A stretch of 64,000 nucleotides of DNA from a virus. Positions 29,401 through 35,889 of this stretch are shown here, piece by piece (position 1 is the stretch's first letter; each line of letters starts with the position of its first letter). Under the pieces are notes generated by a model. The model saw only the letters and a list, made by a program, of their open reading frames with translations, searched no databases and had not been told where the DNA came from. The translations under genes were made by a program, and so were the position numbers. Where the stretch lies: positions 75,835-139,834 of IMG/VR virus record IMGVR_UViG_3300013114_000583, one strand, 5' to 3'.

Positions 29401-31533
29401 TATAGTAAGGCTGGTTGCACAAGTCACGGTACCGCTGACGGTTAAGTTGCCGCCAGAAGAAAGCGACATCGTTTCTGCTGCAGCCGCGCTAGAAGCAGTC
29501 TTAAAAGAAAGTTTCGTCGCGTTGCTGGACGATGAGAAGTCACCCTCTGAAACAGCCTCAATACCAGCTGCAACCAAGATTGCGTCCGTGCCGGCCTCTT
29601 CGGCTGGTGCCTGGAAGTTGATGACACCCAATTTATCATTGGCCGCAATATCGTCGTCTCCGGTCTGTAGGGTCATTGTGAAGTATTTGTCATCAGATGT
29701 CGAGTCGTGCAGGAAAGTAAGACCGCTATCTTCGACGTGAGTCACTTTAATCTCATTGTGGTCACCAAAACTCATGACCGCTCCGTCGGCCAGGAATAAA
29801 TCGCTAAATTGTAGCGAATTGGTTCCCAGAGCAGCCCCATCCTGGGCGTCAGGCACAAAAGCAGTGGTGGCTGTAATGGATGTGCCCTGAATTGTGCCTG
29901 CACTAACCATCGCCTCCACGCTAAGCGAGTTACCACTATATGTAAACCCGGAATCCGAGGTCAATCCAGAGGAACCATCATTAATTTGCACGTAACCAGT
30001 GCTTCCGTGTACAGAAAGACCTGCACCAACTAACTCCGAAACTGTAACTGTTCTCATTCTTGCATCAGTACCGCTGATGGCAACATCATATATTGCAACT
30101 AAATCAGCGGTTGCCGGGCCGCCACTCAGGGCATCAAATTTACTAATATCAACTGTAAGTTCTCCTGTAGAGCCAGTCACATTCAAGCCGCCCGCTGAGC
30201 CGGTGGCCAATTGTCTAGCACTAAATTTTGTTCTCGCCATTTCTTCATCCTCCTCTTCTAGGGTTGTACCAACTAAACTCCAACTGTACGTACTTGTTGC
30301 CGCAGTAGTAATAGCAGCACTAACTGGATCTGCCGTTGAGGGCCGATCATTTCCACCAGTAAATGGCGTAGCTCCACTAGCAGTTATTAACACTGGCTTA
30401 GTGGAAGTTTGATAATCACTTGCGGCGCCGGTCTCGACACCGCTCGCCAGAGTGACAACTATCGTACCATCTGTACTAATAGACCCCGCTCCGGATTTTG
30501 TAACACTAGTAAACTCACCTGTATCGTTGATAGCATCATAAATCTCATTAAAGACATCTCTCCAATCTGTTATGGAAAAACCGGTTAAATCAATTGTTGT
30601 GGTATCTTCGGTCCAAGTGTAACCAGAAGTAGGCGCAGAATAACCTGTCCCAGAAAGAACAAATCTTCTACCCCCACCAGCAGTTGGAAGCTGAATACCC
30701 CTGTACCCACTCGAAGAGTTAGTGTTACCAGCTGATGGCTGATAGTTACTCCACTCACTTGCATTGTATTCACTACTCCCTGCTGCAGTTGTCTTTACAC
30801 TACCTGAACTAAACGTTAACGTAATTACACCATTTGAAGCCGGCGCTGTATAATCAACCGTACCAGTGCCTGTTGCAGCCATCGAACCACTTGTAACAGT
30901 AGGGTGCTTTGCTAATTGATCACCATTATAAGTGTAGCTATAAACACCAGGATCTTTATTGCCGTTATATATCTTAAAATAATTAAGATACAATGTTTCA
31001 GCGCTTACAGTTTTAGTGGCAGCTAATGTTACAGAAGTGTTAGACCCAGCAGTAGCTGAATATTCAGTTGTACTAGTGCTTGTTCCAGAACCAGTTGGGT
31101 GCAAAGAATATTGAGCATAAATCTTAGCTGTTTCACTATTTGCAGCATCCGTAACTAGCGTAAAAGTAAATGCCGGTGATACTGTCGTTGTATCGCCACC
31201 CCCAGAAGGGTTGCCCGCATCCAAGTGAATGCCCCTATAGCCAACATCATAAACATAATTGCCGTTAGCTTCGAAAACATCACTAGGCTTCATGCCACTT
31301 GTAGAGGCATTTGACCTATCTGGGGCCCAGACACTAATAATAGCGCCACTTATCACAAAGTAAACATAATGATCTTCATCCATCGTAACGGATTGAAAAG
31401 TTGATGAAAGATCATTGCCGCTAAGCAGCGCTGTTAAATCACTAAAAGATGCATATGCCGATGTATACTTATAGGCTTTTACTGCAGCTGATTGGCCTGA
31501 CTTCAAACCTAAATAAAAAGTTCTATTTGCCAT
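26437..31533 (-). CDS. Giant modular tail fibre / virion fibre protein
   Basis: 1698 aa, rich in G/S/T/A, with repeated fibre modules ('EIGVLDSVTxGTAAASKAVVLD', 'LGxIxFQAP..GTDAILVAA'); C-terminal 'VMVFLNGQL..DY' domain; strong SD AAGGAGG. Confidence 0.75.
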   Translation of the reverse strand: MANRTFYLGLKSGQSAAVKAYKYTSAYASFSDLTALLSGNDLSSTFQSVTMDEDHYVYFVISGAIISVWAPDRSNASTSGMKPSDVFEANGNYVYDVGYRGIHLDAGNPSGGGDTTTVSPAFTFTLVTDAANSETAKIYAQYSLHPTGSGTSTSTTEYSATAGSNTSVTLAATKTVSAETLYLNYFKIYNGNKDPGVYSYTYNGDQLAKHPTVTSGSMAATGTGTVDYTAPASNGVITLTFSSGSVKTTAAGSSEYNASEWSNYQPSAGNTNSSSGYRGIQLPTAGGGRRFVLSGTGYSAPTSGYTWTEDTTTIDLTGFSITDWRDVFNEIYDAINDTGEFTSVTKSGAGSISTDGTIVVTLASGVETGAASDYQTSTKPVLITASGATPFTGGNDRPSTADPVSAAITTAATSTYSWSLVGTTLEEEDEEMARTKFSARQLATGSAGGLNVTGSTGELTVDISKFDALSGGPATADLVAIYDVAISGTDARMRTVTVSELVGAGLSVHGSTGYVQINDGSSGLTSDSGFTYSGNSLSVEAMVSAGTIQGTSITATTAFVPDAQDGAALGTNSLQFSDLFLADGAVMSFGDHNEIKVTHVEDSGLTFLHDSTSDDKYFTMTLQTGDDDIAANDKLGVINFQAPAEEAGTDAILVAAGIEAVSEGDFSSSSNATKLSFKTASSAAAAETMSLSSGGNLTVSGTVTCATSLTIGSAAMSEADLEKLDGITNGTAAASKALVLDGSGNIASIGTVGCGAITSSGNLAVTGTITGDTSLTLDTTTITTAEIGVLDSVTAGAAAASKAVVLDGSKNIATIGTIGCGAITSTGTSVFANLDISGDIDVDGTTNLDAVDIDGAVDLDGTLTVGADTDGYDVKFFGNTTGEFMMWDESADELILGLTSKLSFHDGGGEENIVASSNGHLEINSGTTLDMTAPTVDINASTAVTIDTPGITVTDSTSSSATEGGYIRLASNDGQPLADDHRLGVIEFAAAEDTSSTMTVGARIEAIADATWSGTENGAALVMYTTDGNASQSEVLRLDSDKLATFAGGVTIGGDLTISGTTTTVNSTTIQLDDKNIDLAHSPSGSEGDDASVDGGGITLKSSDSDKTFQWANTGDNWTSSENMSLASTKVYKINNASVLSATTLGSSVVGSSLTSVGTIASGVWNGTAVASAYLDADTAHLSETQTFTGAKTFTAAATFGANDTGVDVKMFGDTSGAYLEWDQSADELELRGGAATPGKLLLSTAETTVVDGNKLGQIDFQAPLDSAGTDAILVAASIYAEADGAFSSSSNDTDLVFATGKSEAATEKMRLNSDGDLNTAGSITAVGSFIIGSASMSESDLEKLDGITNGAGAANKALVLDGNADIASGLRNVTISGTLSDGNYTFDDSGNVSGLGTVGCGAITSSGNLAVTGTITGDTSLTLDTTTITTAEIGVLDSVTPGTAAASKAVVLDASKNIATIGTIGCGAITSSGNLAVTGTITGDTSLTLDSTTITTAEIGVLDGVTPGTAAVSKAMVLDSNGDITGGRNLTISGTFSDGNYTFDDSGNVSGLGTVACGALTTTAGAALTAAAATIATDTILVQDGGDGSAAKTMTLAQLVTFIGTQETQEVFMASSAGNAAALTNSSKTATIAGAVSGAGSVMVFLNGQLLIEATESNSSDYDYTYTHSASAGAATVVLEEGVDSDDYLMIKYMKAN
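27119..29271. repeat. Near-identical in-frame DNA repeats inside the fibre gene
   Basis: 27119-27330 matches 29060-29271 (offset 1941 nt); 27061-27132 is identical to 27259-27330 (offset 198); 26873-26919 is identical to 27344-27390 (offset 471). All offsets are multiples of 3. Confidence 0.85.
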
Positions 31534-31581
31534 GTGTTTTATCCTCCTTTAAAATCTTAAAGGACTAATAGTAACAAAATA

Positions 31582-31707
31582 AAATGAATTAAAGAGGAAT
31601 AAATGAATTAAAGAGGAATAAATGAATTAAAGAGGAATAAATGAATTAAAGAGGAATAAATGAACTAAAGAGGAATAAATGAATTAAAGAGGAATAAATG
31701 AATTAAA
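31582..31707. repeat. 19-nt tandem repeat AAATGAATTAAAGAGGAAT x6.6
   Basis: Units start at 31582, 31601, 31620, 31639, 31658 (one T>C), 31677, with a partial unit at 31696; intergenic, no spacers. Confidence 0.97.
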
Positions 31708-31714
31708 ATAAAAA

Positions 31715-32149
31715 CTATTCTTTAACAAAAACAATTTTTTCTCCCGGAAGTTCGGGAATCTTAATAATGTACCCAGACTCGGGTACGCCTTTTTCTATTC
31801 TTACAGAGTCTAACAAGCCAAAAAGCCTTTTTCTGTTTTCTTCAGATATTCTAATTAGAGCAGACTTTTGTGTTTCTGCCACAATAATAAAATCAGCCAA
31901 TTGTAATTTGGCGTTAAGGAAAGCCTCTCTTGCTGCTATGATGGCCACAGTTTCTTCATCCGTGCACTCAACATGCGAAGGAAAAATATCAGATCGAGCC
32001 TCTGCTTCTTCAACTTCTTCAGTTTCCTCAACTTCTTCAGTCTCTTCAACTTCAGACTCAGAAAGAAGTTTTTTTATAACTTCAGCATCAGGCTCTTCTC
32101 CTTCACCCATGTCATTTACTAAATTTTTTAATTTGTCTAATAAACTCAT
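31715..32149 (-). CDS. Acidic hypothetical protein
   Basis: 144-aa ORF with SD GGAG and internal EEVEET repeats. Confidence 0.7.
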   Translation of the reverse strand: MSLLDKLKNLVNDMGEGEEPDAEVIKKLLSESEVEETEEVEETEEVEEAEARSDIFPSHVECTDEETVAIIAAREAFLNAKLQLADFIIVAETQKSALIRISEENRKRLFGLLDSVRIEKGVPESGYIIKIPELPGEKIVFVKE

Positions 32150-32159
32150 TTTTTCTCTC

Positions 32160-32387
32160 CTATGAAAATAAAATCTTTTTTAAATTTCTAACATTATTGT
32201 CAAATTTGCAAAAATCGGAATCCAAAAATTCCAATGCTTCTGACTGGGCTGAGGACTCCGGATCTTTGAACTCAAAATAAAACTTTCCTGTCGGACCTCG
32301 ATTGCAAACCATTAATTTGTAACCCTTTAATTGTAAATAGGCAGCTATCCCTATATCACTTGTTGTAAACGTGGCGGGGGCCATCAA
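32160..32387 (-). CDS. Small DUF5659-like protein
   Basis: 'FTTSDIGIAAYLQLKGYKL..FYFEF' pattern; SD AAGGAG. Confidence 0.6.
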   Translation of the reverse strand: MMAPATFTTSDIGIAAYLQLKGYKLMVCNRGPTGKFYFEFKDPESSAQSEALEFLDSDFCKFDNNVRNLKKILFS

Positions 32388-32411
32388 ACTCTCTCCTTGT
32401 TCCTAAGTATA

Positions 32412-32419
32412 ATAACTAG
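32412..32419 (-). promoter_or_regulatory. Putative late promoter motif CTAGTTAT
   Basis: Intergenic, upstream of the 75-aa gene. Confidence 0.45.
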
Positions 32420-32463
32420 TTTAAATGTTTTGTTTTCAACGAACAGTAAGATATTTATCACCT

Positions 32464-33666
32464 TTACCCTACTATATACCGTATATATATTATGTCTCCA
32501 AGATCCAGACCGGGATCCTCAAAAGAAATAGTCCTGCTATTAACAACGGTGTAATCGTTGTCAACACCAGAAGTTTGTAGTTGACCATTAACAAATATTA
32601 GTTCACTATTCTCGAACATAGGTTTAGAAGTAGTAAAAATCTTTTGGCCCTGCTCAGCTGCTTGGGCTGTTAAATTTTCAAAGGCTAAAGCATTATCAAG
32701 ATCTTTAGATAAGGTGTCTGTAGTTACAGTGGTTGCCCCACTAGAAACGGCAAGGCCAGGGCCCGCAGCTGGAACATTAGTAAAAAAAGGAAACATGGGA
32801 TCTTGACCAGGGTCTTGCACAGTCGGGAGGCCTTCGAGGCCATAAAACGCACCGAATTCATGCTCTGGTATTTCAGACAGCATAACTCTTTCTCTTGGTA
32901 TTTTCACCTCCACAACATTTTCTCGGATAGCGTAAAAAGGCTTTTCTTGGTTTTTTCCATCGCCAATCAAATACCCTAGCACTTTAAACGTAACATCCGT
33001 TTCATATCTTTTTTCATCCTGAGAATAATCAGAAGAGTTGTTCCTTTGACTAAACCCCTGTTGCACAAAAGCTTCATACCTGTGGTTCTCATGTTTTAGC
33101 AATAAATAATTAATACCGCCAGGTCTTGTGATAAAAGGAGTTACCAAGTCATTCATCTGCTCCTGATATTCCGTTCTTATGGTTATTTTATAAGATACCT
33201 CTATATAAACGGGAATCGGAATAGAGTAAGTCTGAAAAACCACCTTTTTATTTCTTTTTGGATAGTTTATTTGAGAAAACTTTCTTTTCGCGTCGGCTGC
33301 GGCAAAATTATTTGATTTTACCTGATTAATAATGCGAGCAACCGGTATAGCCCCTCCTTTTTCATCCCTCTCTGGAGGAATATTAGCCCAAATTGTTCCC
33401 TTTTTGTTTGGATCTTTGGTAATTGCTACCCTCTCTACGCTTATAATGGGAAAGATGAGAGCCCCTTGCGTATCTCGTATCTCTGGGCCCATTTTACTTT
33501 GAAATGCCCTCTCGGGAGATGCCCAGACAACAGGCACCCTCTTGAATCCCTCGTTTGTCGACGTAAAAAGGTTTTGTTCTTTAATATAATTCATTACGGC
33601 GCCGTCTATAGTTTCTATAGTTGACGGCGCGAAAGGTATTTTTACTTCTCTGTTTCTATCTACCAT
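32464..33666 (-). CDS. Tail terminator / sheath stabiliser (gp15-like) with an appended C-terminal domain
   Basis: 'VPVVWASPER', 'FPIISVER', 'PVYIEVSYKITI', 'FKVLGYL'; follows gp13 and gp14. Start ATG 33666 after GAGG (ORF track 33687). Confidence 0.72.
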   Translation of the reverse strand: MVDRNREVKIPFAPSTIETIDGAVMNYIKEQNLFTSTNEGFKRVPVVWASPERAFQSKMGPEIRDTQGALIFPIISVERVAITKDPNKKGTIWANIPPERDEKGGAIPVARIINQVKSNNFAAADAKRKFSQINYPKRNKKVVFQTYSIPIPVYIEVSYKITIRTEYQEQMNDLVTPFITRPGGINYLLLKHENHRYEAFVQQGFSQRNNSSDYSQDEKRYETDVTFKVLGYLIGDGKNQEKPFYAIRENVVEVKIPRERVMLSEIPEHEFGAFYGLEGLPTVQDPGQDPMFPFFTNVPAAGPGLAVSSGATTVTTDTLSKDLDNALAFENLTAQAAEQGQKIFTTSKPMFENSELIFVNGQLQTSGVDNDYTVVNSRTISFEDPGLDLGDIIYIRYIVG

Positions 33667-34144
33667 CGAATAAACCTCTTCTCGCACGGATGCACTTGGC
33701 TAAAATTTCGAAACTAGCTTCAACTTGGCCATAAAGCCATTTTGGCTCTTCCAGGGTCATTATCTCATAATGGTTTTTGCCATATAATATAAAGTCGCCC
33801 TCTCTAACAAAAAGATCTTGATCTTCAGTGAGGCGCCTTTTATGAAATAAAACGGATATTCTTTCAATTCTGTCAACGCCTAAATTTGTAGTTTTGGTCT
33901 GTTGCGACTCAAATTTAACTAACGCGTGTACCCTTATTGGGTTTTGAAACGTTTTTTGTATCGCTTCGCCATATATTGGATTGAAGTCTGTATCATCTAT
34001 GCTTATAGGGTAATAAACTATAGTTTGTCCTATGACCCTCTCGATTACTTCATCATTTATTTGCTTTACTAAATTTTTCTCTTTTTGGCCAGTAAAAAGA
34101 GGCGGTGGAGGGTTACCAGGTTGTTCCCACTTATTGTCTGACAT
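33656..34144 (-). CDS. Neck protein gp14-like (head closure)
   Basis: 'GQTIVYYPI..PIYGE', 'REGDFILY..YEI'; synteny with gp13 and gp15. Confidence 0.72.
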   Translation of the reverse strand: MSDNKWEQPGNPPPPLFTGQKEKNLVKQINDEVIERVIGQTIVYYPISIDDTDFNPIYGEAIQKTFQNPIRVHALVKFESQQTKTTNLGVDRIERISVLFHKRRLTEDQDLFVREGDFILYGKNHYEIMTLEEPKWLYGQVEASFEILAKCIRARRGLFDGR

Positions 34145-34159
34145 TAAAAGTTACCTCCT

Positions 34160-35797
34160 TTAACCAACGTAGATAGAACCCATGTTAGGGATCTTTTGCA
34201 AAGCTTTGTCTGTATTCTCTGCCAGAGTGGCATCTTGCTCAGCCAATTTTCCATACGTCAACTCTTTGAGGGTATTTTGTAATTCTTCCTTTAACGATTT
34301 TATTTCGGCCTGGGCCTGTGTTATCAACTCAGTGCCATTTAGTTTTAAGTCTGACCCTGGAATGGGGACGGAACCAAATTTTGATCTCACCTGGCCCAAG
34401 GTCTCCTTGCACAATGCCAAGGCATATCTTCTTATCCACTGTTTTCCAATAGAATTTATATTCGCGAACGGAATGTTGCCAAAGGGCAATGTGTTCATAT
34501 TATTCACGCCCTCAGTAATAGGGTCAGAATCAGAATCATCGTCCACTATAGAAAACCTAACCCACATTTTAGATGGCGAAAAGTTTTGAGGAATAGGAAA
34601 TATCCTTATTTGACTATTATTCTTTATTTCATAAGAAAAATGAGACATTCTTGTATAAATCGCATCCTCAAAAGCCATGGCCTGGGCCTTATTCTCCCAA
34701 ACCGGAACCAGCTGAAATGTTGCATCATCTGTGAATTGACCATAATTATGCAGGTTGCCCACAACATTCAAACCTCCGTAATATCCATAAAATCTCCACA
34801 TTGCGTGTGGAGTTTTATAGAAAACTTGTTTAACAATAATCTTTTTACCATCTAACTTTCCAGCATACGGAAAGGTATCCTCGCCACCGGTAAAGTTAGT
34901 TATTGTTAGGTGATCTGAGCTTTGAGCAATCTCTTGGTTTCCTGCAGTCCCACCAGAATCTTGTGTTAATGCTACGGTACTTTCTGTGGCGCCGGCAGTC
35001 ACACCTAGTGTTGTCACGTTGTTGATAGCTGTTTCCATGCGCGCAGCAACTGCCTGAACTGTTGCATCATTTTCAATTCCAACTTCTCCATTGGTTGTAA
35101 CGTTCCCAACTGTTTTAAAGGTAAAAATTTGTGATTTTCCAGATGCATCAGTTAAGGTGAAAGTGCTATCATTGGCTGGAATCGTTGCAACTGTTAATTT
35201 TCCCTCTCCTGATGGGTTTGTGGAGGCCTCGAAAATTTCTTGTAAATCGTAATCCTGACGGCCGATAGCAACATCAAAAGACCCAGAATACTCAATAGAC
35301 CCCATCGTGCCGACTTCTGCAGAAACGCCCATCGCGATGCGACGAGTAAGATCATAAGAAAACTTTGGATATTTCAATGTTGTGCCGCGAGAAGCAGCAG
35401 TTTTATCTGAATCCGACCCCAATGAAGAAGATAAGGCAGTATCTATCATATTGCCCTTGCTGTCAAAGGAACCAGTTGGATTTCCCAAAGATCTAGCTAG
35501 CGTATTCGTTGCTTGATGTAAGTTTATTGTGTAAGAATATTCAAGGGTTGACTCTTCATACGCCGAGTATACACTTCCGGTTGTTAGTTCAATGTCCAGG
35601 ATGTCGCCGCCCAGCTTCTTATAAACATATGAAACTTGCTCGGAGGCGCCAGTAAGAAAGTTAACATCATACAAATCTGATTCAGGGTTCGAATATATTT
35701 TATATGGTACCTCTGCGTTAACAGAGGCAGAGTCTCCAGCAGATGGGAGCACAGCTGAACTTAAAACACTTTTTGGTGTCAAAATCGGAACAGACAT
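34160..35797 (-). CDS. Neck protein gp13-like (head-tail adaptor) with an inserted domain
   Basis: 'KKLGGDILDIELT', 'WIRRYALALCKETLGQVRSKF..PG..LNGTEL..A..EI..LKEEL'. Confidence 0.8.
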   Translation of the reverse strand: MSVPILTPKSVLSSAVLPSAGDSASVNAEVPYKIYSNPESDLYDVNFLTGASEQVSYVYKKLGGDILDIELTTGSVYSAYEESTLEYSYTINLHQATNTLARSLGNPTGSFDSKGNMIDTALSSSLGSDSDKTAASRGTTLKYPKFSYDLTRRIAMGVSAEVGTMGSIEYSGSFDVAIGRQDYDLQEIFEASTNPSGEGKLTVATIPANDSTFTLTDASGKSQIFTFKTVGNVTTNGEVGIENDATVQAVAARMETAINNVTTLGVTAGATESTVALTQDSGGTAGNQEIAQSSDHLTITNFTGGEDTFPYAGKLDGKKIIVKQVFYKTPHAMWRFYGYYGGLNVVGNLHNYGQFTDDATFQLVPVWENKAQAMAFEDAIYTRMSHFSYEIKNNSQIRIFPIPQNFSPSKMWVRFSIVDDDSDSDPITEGVNNMNTLPFGNIPFANINSIGKQWIRRYALALCKETLGQVRSKFGSVPIPGSDLKLNGTELITQAQAEIKSLKEELQNTLKELTYGKLAEQDATLAENTDKALQKIPNMGSIYVG

Positions 35798-35814
35798 TAA
35801 AAACCCTCCTGATA

Positions 35815-35822
35815 GTAATTAG
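35815..35822 (-). promoter_or_regulatory. Putative late promoter motif CTAATTAC
   Basis: Between the capsid-gene terminator and the gp13 SD. Confidence 0.5.
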
Positions 35823-35830
35823 GAGTTGGA

Positions 35831-35862
35831 AAAAGAAAACCCCGCCTGACATGCAGGCGGGG
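35831..35862 (-). terminator. Rho-independent terminator after the major capsid gene
   Basis: Stem ccccgcctg/caggcgggg (35840-35862) followed by ttttctttt on the minus strand. Confidence 0.88.
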
Positions 35863-35889
35863 CTTAAAACTATGGGTTATTTATCAATA

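Noticed and set aside
31582-31707. CRISPR array interpretation of the 19-nt repeats
   Set aside because: Units are directly adjacent with no unique spacers, and no cas genes are present in the window.
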